A stretch of DNA of 64,000 nt from Marsupella aquatica (taxonomy: Eukaryota > Plantae > Marchantiophyta). A model generated the notes under the pieces. The model was not told where the DNA came from. It saw only the letters and a program-made list of their open reading frames with translations, and ran no database searches. Below, one piece after another: positions 38,690 through 51,805 of the stretch. The translations under genes were made by a program, and so were the position numbers. Numbering within the stretch: the stretch's first letter is position 1; each line of letters begins with the position of its first letter. The stretch spans positions 18,342,357-18,406,356 of the forward strand of contig OZ316892.1 in NCBI GenBank assembly GCA_973895155.1. The letters run 5' to 3'.

Positions 38690-41600
38690 AACATACTTGC
38701 TCCACAACAACAACAGTTCAAGGATTTAAGGTAGAACCACCAAAGTCAGTACTCATTTGTGATCACAAGGTCAGTACATCATGCTTACTCTATGGAGAAA
38801 TACACAAAAAAAACTATCAGCAAAATGTTTATTATTTGGCATTTTCTTTCATTCAACTGGGTCTAGACTAGAGTAAATAGCAACATCATGTAGAAAAAAT
38901 AAACAACTTGAACACATTTGGGTTGATTGCTCTATGGTGTAAATACACAAAGAAAATATGACAATTTGTTTCTCAACTTAACATTTTATTAAGACAACAG
39001 TCCACAGCTAGGGTAAATGGGAGGAGCACAACAAAAATGCAAAGGACTTGACTAGCTTGACTTGCTCCACCACACAATTGGCCAAAGAAATGTCAAACTG
39101 TCAGCAAAGTGGGAGAAAATTTGCAATCACCAAGGCACGCTAAATCTAGGTCGGGTGTAAAAACACAACAAAGTTATGTTAATTTGACATTTTTTCGAAA
39201 CAAAGATCCAAAGCTAAGGTAAATGGGAAGCTCATATTAAAACCAAAATACAAATGACTTTCCCCCTACACAACTGACTTAGGAAAAATGAAGCCAACAA
39301 TGTGAGAGCACATTTCAAATCACACTATCAGGCTTAGCCTTAGGGGTAAATACACAAAGAAATAATGAGGATTTGTTTTGTCTTGGCATTTGTTTTACAC
39401 AAGGCTCCAAAGCTAAGTAGAGTTGGGAGGATCATGACCAAAATACAAAGAACGTGAACAAACTTGCTCCCTCGCTGACATAACTGACTAGGGAAACATC
39501 AACAAAGGGTCTCGAACTGATTTTCATTCACATTATGAGGCTTGGCATGAGGTGTAAATGCAAACTGAAATCATGAGCATTTGTTTCTTGGCATTTTTCT
39601 AGGACAAAGTCCCAAAGTCAAGTAGAGCAAATCGGAGAACCATAAGTAAACACAAATACCAAGAACTTAAATAAGCTTGCTCCATCCCACAACTGGCCAA
39701 GAAAATGTGTAACCAACAAAATAAAAGTGGATTTGAAATCACCAAACCAGGCTCAATTAAAGGTGTAAATAAATGAAGAAATTATGTGAATTTGTATCTT
39801 GACATTTCTTCAAACAAGGCTCCAAAGCTAAGGTAAATGGGAAGATCATATTAACAAAAAATAATACAAAGGATCAGAACAAACCTGCTTCCCAACACAA
39901 CTGACTAAGGAACAAAATTGAAATCAACAATTTTGATTATAATATGAGGCTCAGCTTAAGGTTTAAATATAAAAATAAATCATGAACATTTGTTTCTTGG
40001 CATTTTCCTAATCTGAAGAGTCCAAAGTTAAATAGGGTAAATAGAAGAAGCACAACACAAATACCAAGGACTTGAACAAACTTGATTCACCCCATAAATG
40101 AGCAAGAAAATATGTGCGCAACCAGAAAAATGAGAGTGGATTTGGAATCACAGGACCAGGCTCAATCAAGTGTGTAAATAAATGGAGAAACTATGTGGAT
40201 TCGTATCTTGGCATTTACTTGAAACAAGGCTCCAAAGCTAGGGTAAATAACGACATCATAACCAATATACAAAGGAGTTGAACAAACTTGCTCCCTCACA
40301 CAATTGACTAAGGACAAATGAAACAAACAAAGTGAGAGCATATATCTAATCACAATATAATTAATTTGAGCACATAATGCAAATGCACAAATAAAATTTT
40401 GAGGATTTGTGTCTTGGCATTTTCTTGAAATAATGGTCAAAAGTTATGGATAAATGGGAAGACCATGATTGATTGTAAATATACAACGGACTTGGATCGA
40501 CTTGCTCCACCACATAACTGGCCAAGAAAATGTTGAACCAGCTAAGTGAGAGCGGTTTTGGAATGACCCAAGTCAAGCTCAATCTAGGGTGTAAACACAC
40601 TACAAGTTATTGTGGATTTGTATCTTGGAATTTGGCTCAAACAAGGGTCCAAAGGTAGGGTAAATGAGAAGATCATATTCAAAATACAAAGGCTGGATGA
40701 GAACACACTTACTTCACTACATAACTTACCAAGAAATGGTCAAACCAACACTATGACAGACATATTTGGAATCAAAATACCATGCTTAGTCCACGGTGTG
40801 AATCTATGACAATATTATGAGGATTTAACTTTTGGCATTTTGAGACAAGGGTAGGATAAATTCCAGGATCAGAACAAAAACCTCGGGGGTTTCACTTCCA
40901 CAAAAATGACATATCACATGCGACGAAGGATAGGGTCATTTTATTGGTTCTAAGGGAAGACTTAAGAATTTTTGTAGAAGAACAATAGGGTCTTTTAAAT
41001 TCAATTTTGAGACTTATAAGAACATTAGGGTCTTTTCAATCCAATTTTTAGAATATTCCAAGAATATTCCAACTTTATAGGGGCTAAAAATAATTTATTT
41101 ATTTTTACATTTTAGGGGGTCCGAGGCCTAAAAACGTCGCAGGCGATAGGGAGGTCCCCATATAGTGAGACCCCCGAGACAAAAACTAGAAATGACTTGA
41201 ATACTCTTGCTCCACTACACAAGTGACTTCAAAAAGATGAAACCAACAAAGTGAGAGTTTATTGTCCAATGACAATATCATTGTAGGTGGAGGGTGTACA
41301 GCATAAAAAAAGTTTTGAGGATCTGGTTTGTTGAGGTCACAAGCTAGGTTGGGTCTAAAGCTAGAGTCACTAAGAGTACAATAACAAAAATACAACTTAG
41401 GACTATAAACAAACCAGCTCCACCACACAAATGAGCAAAAAAATATGGAACTCACAAAGTGAGAGCAAAGTTGAAATCACCAGGACTGGTGAAGTTTAGT
41501 CGTGGACTTAGTCTAGGGTGTAAATACCCATTGATTACATTAATAAAAATTTATATCTTGATATTTTCCAAGATAAGGGTCTAAAGGTAGGGTAAATGGG

Positions 41601-42040
41601 ACTACCATGACAAAAATACAAAGGATGATCATAAACTTGCTCCACCACATAACTTACTTAATTAGGAAAGATTCAACTTTCAAAGTCTAAAAAGATTTTG
41701 AATCACAATATCGAGCGTAGTCTACGCTATAAATACACAACAAATTTATATTGAAGATTTATTCTTGGTATTTTCTTGAGACAAGTAGGGTCCAAAGTTA
41801 GGGTAAATGGGAGGACCATTGATAACAAAAATATAAATGACAGTTTGAATCAATTTGCCCCACCACAACTAGCCAAGGAAATGTCAAACCAACAATGTGA
41901 AAGCGGATTTGGAATCAAAATACCATGCTTAGTCTTGGATGTAAATATACAAAAAAAATTATAAGAATTTGATTATTGGCATCTTCAGACAAGGGTCCGA
42001 AGTTAGGTTAAATACCAGGATCACAACAAATTTATGGGCT
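38690..42040. repeat. Degenerate satellite array, ~205-bp monomer, about 14-15 copies
   Basis: Landmark TCCAAAGCTAGGGTAAATGG-like words at ~39001, 39207, 39406, 39611, 39821, 40021, 40231, 40437, 40648, 41355, 41580, 41791 and 41996. Companion CTTGCTCCACCACACAAC and TCTTGGCATTTT motifs recur with the same period. Confidence 0.88.
40882..41178. mobile_element. 297-bp MITE with TIRs CTCGGGGGTYTCAC and 8-bp TSD ACAAAAAC
   Basis: Starts CTCGGGGGTTTCACT and ends AGTGAGACCCCCGAG. ACAAAAAC flanks it at 40874-40881 and 41179-41186. Removing it restores the satellite monomer. Confidence 0.92.
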
Positions 42041-42499
42041 CAAAATATGACAAATATTATGTCACATGAACAAGTATATCTTGAGCCCATAGACTAGAAA
42101 ATGCTTCTTGGAATATTGCTAAAGTCTCACAAGAAGTGTTTGTGTCATAGGTATTTAAGTATTATATTACTCACATATTGTGTCAGTCATATAATCCGCA
42201 ATATTTGTACGTTGCAAGGATTGTAAGGCCCATAATCTACCATCTGGCAAATTAGGTAGCCCTAATTCATTTTTTGCATAGTCCTCCAATTCCAATGAAA
42301 CGTCCTATTATTTTGACACTCTATAGAAAGAAGAAGATGCATTTGCAATTTGTCTTTTGCAGTTGTGACTATCAATTGGTTCCTTTCATATGCAATTTAT
42401 CATGAATGTATTGTAGATTCTGCACAAGAGACAAAACATGAATAAGGACACAAAAAAAATATTTCTTACATCATCATTTCATAATTCACATGAACATTA

Positions 42500-44150
42500 A
42501 TAATAATATAAAATAATACTTATTTCATCATTCGAATTATTTATGCGATCTTCAAAGTTTTCACGATCATTGTTGTGATTCCAATAATCAAATCCCATTA
42601 GATCAATGATATCATCTTCTTGTTCCATACCCACCTAAGTTTTTTTGGCATAGGGTGGAGGAAGGACAATTTTAGCTTCTATTTTTCTTAATTGAAATGC
42701 AAGTTCCAGAATATGTGATGGTCTCAACATACCTCTAGTCCGCACAACTCTCACAGACTTATGTGCGTTCCATGTCAAAATCACATCATTTATAACCTCA
42801 TGTAGTAAAGAAAGAATCATAATAATCATGCATTATCTATGAAGTGGAATATCAAATTGTAAAATTTTTTTCACAAATGATAAGTCGTATAACTTAGTCT
42901 TGTTGAAGTATGTGAAATTTTATTCCTTTTGGTTTCATGTAGTTCCAAAATTCTTTAATTTTTTACCAAAATATATGACAAGATACGAATATAGATACAT
43001 ACAAAAAATTAATTTGACATTGACATATATAGTGTCCAAGTCGCAATCAAAGACGTGAAAATAAAATAAATCACTCTGTTTGTTCTAGTTTGTTAATCAA
43101 AAATATTACTTGATTATGAGCAGAAGACTCCATGCAAAAATAGTTTGTATTTGGTCTTGCTCAGATTTCAAGGTTTTTTCTTACCAAAATATTCTCAAGC
43201 TATTACATAATTAGAATGAATCATCAATGGGTGTCAAAATCTAAGAATTGTTGTCTTATATATCTCACATATAGAGTCTACATTTTCTTGTCTAATGTCA
43301 CATGCATCTATGGCACAAAGAGTGTGGCCCAATCAATTGCACCATGAATTTTAAATCCTCGTTGCGTCACTTTATCAAATATGTTGCATTCAATTCCAAA
43401 CAATTTATTTAGTATTTTATCTATTCTAAAGTTAAGTTCAATTTAGAAGCAGAAAAATTGAAAAGAGATAGATGTTAGACTTACAATCCATATGCCATAG
43501 ATGTATTGGCTCATTTACATCATAAAATCTTTTTATGATGCATCTTCGTGCTTTTTCTTTATTAAGTATACCAAGAAAAAATGTGTTCAAAGCATTTTTG
43601 ACAAGTACTTGCTAGTGATATTTTAGAACATGTCCAGCACTTTTTAAACGTGCTCTAACAAAATAAATTTTCCAATCTTTAGCATATCCATGGATTGGTA
43701 CAATCTCAATAATAAGAGAGCAAACATCTTCTAAAGTGTACCGAGGATATATTATATGCTCAACATCAAAATCTTTGAGGCATTTCCATAGAGTCACTCT
43801 GAGTACATGGCCGAGTGTATTTGCACATTCATTCATAGTGTACCCTAGATTGAGAGCTCGCTTTACATTTGTATACTGTTGAAAATTTGGATCATTCATA
43901 TTGATTTGTTTAGTGGAGGTTGAGTATACATTATACTTCACTTCATCAACCAATTTTTCTTAACTCCTGCAACTATATACAAATATAAATAATAATAGTC
44001 ATTCAATTTTTGTTTTCTACAATATACAATGGATTATTGCTCTTGTAAGGTTGGCCCTAGCCATCCTATTCATAAATAATTGTTGATGATATCAATTTGG
44101 AAGCAAGTGAAAACTTTTCTTGGTTTTCTTGAACCCGACTTGAACCTATC
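42500..44150 (-). pseudogene. Intron-containing eukaryotic IS3/IS481-like (IS3EU-type) DDE integrase/transposase, decayed
   Basis: Fragments occur in the expected order: HTH-like LGYTMNECANTLGHVLRVTLW..RYTLEDVCSLI..FVRARLKSAGH (43953-43612), RRCIIKRFYDVNEPIHLWHMD|GTAAGT (~43550-43485), GFKIHGAIDW (43358-43329), KIKEFWNY (~42960-42938) and VILTWNAHK (~42790). They match the integrase-core pattern RRxYxVxxPxxLWHxD / GFxIHGxID / IERxW / WNxH. Many stops and frameshifts. Confidence 0.72.
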
Positions 44151-46220
44151 AAAAGTTTGTAAGTCGTGTTACAACCACAAACACCAATGAACAAAAATTT
44201 TATAACAAGAAGATAAACTAAAAACTTTGGCATGAGAATATAAAGTACACAATTATAACCAAATTCACATTAATAATCAACAAAAAATAGACCAAAAGAA
44301 AATTCTTGTAGCTAATATGAGTGTATCACAAAATTTATTCAATTACGTACTCTCACCTTGAAACTTATAAATATTTTCAAGTTTTTTATTTATTTTACGG
44401 AAATTCCAACTAATATATTGGATTAATTGGTGAATCTCTATGATATAGTATGAGGATCTTGACCCCAAACAAAAAACCAAATCTTCATCTAAAATTAGAA
44501 TTTTAATTCCATATTTTAGCATCACTAAATTTCCACCTATACTTTCATTTGATGGATTACATGCCATAAATATTATAAATTAACTCATTTTATCCTATAT
44601 CTATGTCAACTTCATTACAATTGTGGAAGATCAACATTCAGAGTAATAGTAAGTTACTTCTTGATTGTTAGTCCAATGATACTAAGAATAGGTTTTGGAA
44701 TTTATAAAAGTCATTTAGTGTAAAAATGTGTGTGTTCATGAATTATTATCGAGTGTGTAAAATGTGGTTAGTAAGAGAAGATAGGGTGCAACCCGGTTTT
44801 AGGTAACTATCAGTATTTGGGTTAGGCTATAACACCTTAGGATAGTGGATTTTAGTTCGCTCTTGGATGCACAATATATTATTTTGATGATAATAAAATA
44901 ATTATTTCATTATTTACTAATTAATTCAAACATATGTTTGTTTCAATTCAGTCTTTCATTACTCAGACTATTATCAAATTGTTTATTATATTTGTCACAT
45001 CAAATTGAATGTGTGTGCTCAAAGAAATATTTAAACATGTCGATGATCAAAGAGGTTTCATTGGTCATTTAAGAGACAAGGTCACGACTTGCCGGGCACA
45101 TAGAACTATCAAATGACAACCCCAAAATTATCAATTCACTTCTATTCACTCATATTTTCCCTGACTCCCCCAGAGCCCGGGCCGGGGTCATAGGCGGTTG
45201 CGGTCGGGTCTGCGGTCAAGGGTGTTGGTCACAGGTCAGGGGCCGGGGGAAAGTGGACAAGGTTTAGAGATCGATGGTCGAAGGTGTCAGCTCCTGAACG
45301 GCTCTCAAAGATTCCCCGACCCTCCCCGATCCTGGCCCAGATTCGGCCCGGACTGCTCTCAAACCCGGTTGCCTACTTGTCGTTTATGAGGGTGTTTTTT
45401 TCCCAATTTGATGATTGGGCAAGGCCAAATCTGGATCCAATCTCTTTAATTAGCACTAATGTCACTAAATGTTATGCCCAGAAATGAGATTTAGAGACTT
45501 CTTGGGACGCGTACCAAAAAACTGAAATGAAAGTTAAGTAGATGAAAGTTAAATTAAATTAAATTATAATATATAAATATATTTGGGAATTTGTGGAAAT
45601 AAAAAATTCAATTATTGTTTAAATTAGTGTTGTATGGACTTCTTTTCGTCAAAAGAAAAGTAATTATGGTCATGATATTTTATTAAATAAGGATCTGTCG
45701 CATCAAATAAAAAATAAAAAATAACAAAGGTCCGCATGACAATATTAGATTTTTTGGGTATACCTTTGTTAGGATGGAGCAAAAATGGAGTTGAGAAGGA
45801 TTAATGGTAGTCGTTTGGAAAACTCTTTTACTAAAGATATTAGTTTGTTTGGAAGGCCTCGCTTTATGTGAAGAAAATGGGCAAAATTTGTTGATGACGA
45901 TGAGTGTTGGCGCCGAGCTAAGAACCGGAGACCTTGAACGGGAGAAGAATGAGATAATCAAAGGCTCCCTTGGGAGAAATTAAAAAATTATGTCAGTCAA
46001 TAGTACTTAACCACACAACAAAGCAAAGGACTCTTGAAAGGATGACACATGGCAGCGCCATACGCATCCTCATAAGGACATAATGGATAGGCGCAGTCGT
46101 AGTGATGCAAAAAAACATTTTTTGGCCATTTTTCATTATGCAACCGCTTGACATGTGTTGTGGTAGAGTGGGATAACAACAATACGTGGGTATAATTTTA
46201 GCCTAAACGAAGGTCAGAGC

Positions 46221-47319
46221 TGTCAACTAATAATCAGGGGGAATGGCAGATCATGACATTGAAAAAATTGAAAGATTTGCTGCGCAAATCGATCGGGGCG
46301 TAGATTTTGGGAGCAGTCTATGGCAGGTGAGATTTATCGTGCATTTAAGAAATTGAGAGGCAAGGTTTATGCAGCAGCAACTAGCAATAGATCTAAATTG
46401 AGCAAATAGTAGACAGCCAGAATCGGGTCACACTTGATTCGTAGCATTAATTAAACAACTACTCGATCAGTTTTTATGCACATTAGACACAATGAAAGAA
46501 GACAAATTTCAATTGGAATTGGTAGATTGGAGCGCTACAAGTTTAATTATAACCACGGAGAGACCATGGCAACAGAAAGCATATTTGTAGGTTGTTTTGA
46601 GCAAACTAGTGGGCAATTGGAGCAGGCAGACCAAGTGGGGCTGAAAGTGTGGCTACATAAGGATTTTAGAATAGTAGGCTCTATAATGGACTTAGAAACA
46701 AATCAAAAGAAGTTTCAGCCACAAAGAAAGCGGTGAGAGTTCCTCTAGAAGGTGGGCTTTACAGGATGGACACTAAAGGACAATGAGTGGGAAGAAAGGT
46801 ATCCGTAGGGAATTTAAAATGAGCATCCAAGGTAAAAATACAAAAGTAGATGGATAATGCTCAGGGTGGAGTTTACACAACTTGCCCTCCACTGCAATGT
46901 AGTAAATTGCTTGTATTAGTAATATTTTGTGTAGTCGTAAAAAGGGGGCGTAGAGCATAGGAGTTACCTAATTTGAGTGCTACTTTTGTCACTCAAAGGT
47001 GGAGCCAAAATGATTGAGAACCGAGTTCTAGAATAAGAAGGAGATCCAAGTGATAAATTCTTGGCATATAGAGCCAAAATAGTGGGTGAGGGTGCACACC
47101 ACTATCTTGTCCCTTATGAGGTGGTGTGGCTTGCCCAAAAGTATAAATAGTGTGGTTTGTAGTTTGTTTATGTTCATTCTTCTCTAGTCCATTCCAATTG
47201 TTGGTGCTCATTCATGAGTGGTGTTGGAATTGAGAAAAGTGTATCGTGTGAGAGTCTTGTAGTTGTGTGGGGTTTTACGTAAAGGGTGTATTTACTTGGA
47301 AATCACTGGCTATAAGACA
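46221..47319 (+). mobile_element. Possible LTR-retrotransposon LTR remnant
   Basis: TG start at 46221 and CA end at 47319, TATA-like GTATAAATAG at 47141, and a G/T-rich U5-like tail. No TSD found and the 5' boundary is uncertain. Confidence 0.3.
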
Positions 47320-47731
47320 TTGTTAACAAAAAAACAAAAAAAAATTCAAACAATAATTGATGCCCGGTTTAATCTGACGGGCACCTTGACGCCTTGCTGA
47401 GCACGTCAAATCGTCAAATGACGGCCCAACACGCAATTTAACGAATATTCGTGTAGATTCTCCCGAACAAACTCCGACTTCCCCGGACCTTTCACGAACT
47501 CCTCTCGAACACCCCGGACCCGAACTCCCCCTGACGGGGTCCTGGGAACATAACATAGGTTGAAGTAGGGATGCTGACAAATATAAGAATTTGGAAAATT
47601 TCCTGCGCATGCTTTGAGCTTAGGCCCAATTTGCGATAATTCAGCAAAGTAACCCATTGTACTATATTTGTTATATCCACAAAATCAAAAGAATCAACCC
47701 TTTTATTTTTTTACCATTGAAAGTCGTAACA

Positions 47732-50471
47732 ATGTCCGATGAAGAGGATTCACATGAAACTGGATATCATTCCACTACTCCCAGGCCTGGTCCAACTCGT
47801 GTGCAAGAACACCCTTTCAAACAATCTCCAGTGTAGAGATATTTTGAACGATGTGATGCGCCTTCAACATGTCATGATGTCAATCATATCTATCGAAGAT
47901 GCAAGTATTGTTTAACATACGTTACTCATCATGCAACATGAGCAAAGGCGCATTTGATGGGAAACATCCAAAAAGGGGATGCGCCCACTTGCATGCAACT
48001 CTATGGTGTCGTCGATTTGGATGCCATCAACATAATATACAATGTGATAAGGGTCCACGGACCTTAAAGTACAAACAAAGGGATGGAACTCATATCTTGC
48101 GGGATGTGAGAGGCCGTAGGCCAAGCATTGGAAGTTCATATTCGTAAGCATCCACACGAGGGTCAAACTATGTTGACATATGGATGATACACATGTGAGG
48201 GAAGGAGATAGGCCAGTAAATCTTCCTAACCCAATTATGGATGCCTATCAAATTCCAAATAGAACAAATTTGGATAAGCTTTGGGCGAAAGCTTTCTACA
48301 CCAGTGGTATTCCATTCAATGTTTCAAATAATTCTTTTTTTAGAAGCAGTCATAGAGACTTCAAAAGGGATTGTCTCGGGGGGGTCACTATATGAAGGGT
48401 CATACATCACGTGCGACGGTTTGGGTCATTTATGACCCCCCTAAGTCACTTTCTAGAAAGTTGTACGACACCAATCATGTGATGACATGTATGCATTTTG
48501 CAATTAAATAACCCTATATTTCCATAGAAGACTTAATAAGTCTTCCACCAAAACCATTTAAATGGCCCTATACTTCGTCGCACATGATATGCCACTTCCA
48601 TGGAAGTGACCCCCCCGAGGGGATTGTCAATGGTTACTCTCTACCTACAATGCAAAGTTTGCGATTGAAATTATTGGAAGACAGTAAGGAGGATATCACA
48701 AAGGACATGACGCAAACTTTAAAGGAGGCAAAACCTTATGGGTATTCTCTTTCTTCAGATGGATGGAAAAACGTCCGAAGAGAGCCTTTGATGAATGTCA
48801 TGTTGTTGACTACTAAAGGTAACTTCTTCTTGGATAGTTGGAATGTTGCGCAAGCTGACAAGAAAGATGAGAAATATCTTGGCGAGATGTGGTTGAAATA
48901 CATTGAGGATATTGGTGCAGATCATATTATTCAAATCGTAATTGATGGAGCACCCATAAATCGCGTAGGAGGTTGTGAGGTAGTCATGAAAAAGTATCCT
49001 CATGTCACTTGGAGCTGGTGTGCTGCCCACATCTTTAATTTGTTGCTAGAGGATATGTGTGGTCACAAGCGTGTAGTGCTAGATGATGCTGGACAGAATC
49101 CATTTTGAAAGATTTTTAAACACTTGAGGTGGATAGTAAAAGCAGTTTCATCATCGCAAAAGCTTTCTACAATATTTGCAAGAAAATCTCTTGACCAAAA
49201 ATTGTTGAATCCAAATGCAACTAGATTTGCGACCAATTTCCTAATGGCACAAAGAGCGTTGGAGCTAAGAGGAGCTTTACAACAGATGGTCATTGATGAT
49301 AATTGGCAGTCTTATCCTGATAGACTTCCATTGCGACCAAAATCAGCTAGATACATGACGAGGGGAAAGGCAGACGAACTTAAAATGTGGATACAACAAG
49401 ATACATTTTGGGTTGAAGTGAAGGATATAGTTAAATTCTTTACTCCGTTGGTGAAGATGTTGCGAGAATTTGATGGTGATTCTCCGCAATCAGATTGGTT
49501 GTATTGGAGTTTGAAAAGAGGGATTGATATTTTGAAAGCAAGCATGGAGGATTGTCCATTGGTAATAGAGGTATTGAAACCAAGATACTAAAAGTGTATT
49601 TGGATCAAAAAAATCTCTTACCACTGATTTTATGCTAGCGGTAGCATATCTCAATCCCCACAATCATGTTTTTTGATGAGGACATAGATGTCGCTGGAGA
49701 TCCAGAACTCTATAGGGGTTTCAGTGAATACATTGCTAGATATTCAGAACAACAGGTGAAAGAGGGGATCAACCATGATCGCGACGTCAAAGAACTTATT
49801 CATGCCATCCACAATCAAGCCATTGACGCCCAAAAAAAATTCCCAACACATCAATAGCAATGAAAGCCGCCCAATCAAGTATAGGTAACGTCAGTCCAAC
49901 AGAGTGGTGGCATGCGTATGATGCTGATTATAAACATTTGAGAATCTTGGCGTGAAGAATCTTACACCAAAAAGTGTGCGCATCAGCTTGCAAGCAAAAC
50001 TGGAGTTCATATGGATTTATACATTCCAAAAGTCGCAATAGATTGACAAATGATCGAGCAAAAGATTTGGTGTTTGTATTTACAAACATGAGGGTAGAGA
50101 AAGGGCTAACAAATGTTCGAAACCCGCATACGTTTATATATGAACATTATGACCAAAGAAGAAGAACAAATGATGGACCTAGACCTGTCTCCATGGAGTT
50201 GTGCGGCAATGAAGAGTACAATGCAACAGGTACGGCTCTTGGTGAAGAAGATGTCAAAGATTATGATACAATTGATGATGCTGATGAATTGCTACATGGA
50301 TTTTCACTAGATAAGGATAGTGAGTTCTTGACTCGTATTCCACAAGATACAGACATCACTGATGTAGGGGAATGGCAGCTGAAATGGTGGAGACCAGCTG
50401 ACGAGAGGATGTCCAAGCTCGAATTGGAATTTGGAAAGGAGAGGAGAGGCAAGTGCAATTGTGCAAATTAA
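47732..50471 (+). pseudogene. hAT-superfamily transposase (BED finger, DUF659, hATC dimerisation domain), inactivated
   Basis: SPV*RYF..RCKYC..HAT*AKAHL (BED), FYTSGIPFNV, SSDGWKNVRREPLMNVM, IVIDGA, WCAAHIFNLLLEDM (CxxH), NATRFATNF, EWWHAY, ASACKQNWSSYGFIHSKSRNRL..RAKDLVFVFTN. It has several stops and frameshifts, a MITE insertion, and Lys in place of the catalytic Glu of CERNWS. Confidence 0.93.
48375..48619. mobile_element. 245-bp MITE with perfect 15-bp TIRs CTCGGGGGGGTCACT and 8-bp TSD GGGATTGT
   Basis: TSD at 48367-48374 and 48620-48627. Excision restores the transposase frame ETSKGIV-NGYSLPT. Subterminal sequence is homologous, in reverse orientation, to the 40882-41178 element. Confidence 0.93.
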
Positions 50472-50474
50472 TGC

Positions 50475-51008
50475 CATAGGCCGTAGCAGCCGTACTCCAG
50501 TAATTGGTCAATTCATTTCACTATCAGAAGATTTTTTGCGCAACGGAGCACCGACATATTCAATAATAATAAAGTCGGGAGGACCTGAAAATTTGACCTG
50601 AGAGTGCCGTTGCTTGAATAAATCTTCTCATAATGAAATAAACTCTGTTCAACTTCAAGTTCTAATCAGGGCCCATTTTGGGGGTAGGCAAATGTAGAGG
50701 CATTGGCTTCGGTTCGCATGCGCATGAATGTCGTTGGCCGTAGCAGCTGCCCTACTTGAAGTTGAACAGAGTTTATTTGAGTACGAGAGAAGTTGTGAAA
50801 CCAACGGATCGACGACATACTCAATAATTTTCTGGTCGAAGGACCTGAAAATTTGTCCTGAGAGTGCATTTTCTTTCAGAACTTCTCTCGTACTCAAATA
50901 AACTCCGTTCAACTTCAAGTTGTAATGAAGGCCCATTTTTGCAGTGGGCAAAGGAGTAGGCGTTGGCCTCGGTTCGCATGCGCATGAATGTCATTGGCCA
51001 TAGCAGCA
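50475..51008. repeat. ~260-bp tandem repeat (about 2 copies) containing a 41-bp inverted repeat
   Basis: GGCCRTAGCAGC at ~50479, 50736 and 50996; GGCCCATTTT at ~50670 and 50930. Arms 50754-50794 and 50880-50920 are reverse complements with 1 mismatch. Confidence 0.9.
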
Positions 51009-51805
51009 ATAGTGGGAAAAATGATGAAAGATAGGAAAAGTGAGTGGACTTAGGTATACATCCTTCTACAAAATCATTCTCAACTTGGGCGGCTAAAACC
51101 ATTGCGATGTTGACTTTGTTGAACTCATTGTGCTACACGATCTCCTTTTGGAAATGATTTCAGAGAAGGATCAGTACCTGAGTCCATTGTGCTACCGTCT
51201 CTTATCACGTCTATTTTCCCCATACTTGTCACCAATTGCAAAAATTGACAAATTGTTGGAGTCCACATTACGACCATCAAATTGGTCTCGAAGCTCCGTT
51301 ACTTTCACAAACCTTCTCATGTAGGCAAATTTCTGTGAGTTTACTTTGTAATTATGCCCGCGACCGGTGTAATAACCTAAGGCGCTGACATACCTGTAAA
51401 CATCTATACTGAACAACATTCCCACTTTTTCAATCATTAGAATCCCAATTTTGTTATGGTGCCATTTTGTGTGTCCAAAAATATGATTGTGAGCCCGACA
51501 ATATGCTTCCAAAACCTATGGCTGATTGGAGGATGGAGTATTCTTACAAAAATACACATTCTCCAAAATGCGACACTATGCCCCCAATAAAAAATATATG
51601 TAGTCAATGGGATATGCAATGTAATGTCACTCCAAAATCGCTTTACCAATTACAAGTTGAAAATAATTGTCAAAGAGGATATGCCGCTTCTATTTTAACA
51701 AAAGGTCTCTAATAGTAAGTGCATGAAAATAACATCAAAATGTAAAGACTATTGGTTTCAGTTCCTTTTGTTGTTGTTGTCAACAGCTTCTGTTTTCACC
51801 TTTGC

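Noticed and set aside
40162-41964. Short ORFs within the satellite array
   Set aside because: The ~205-bp period is variable and frames are not conserved between monomers.
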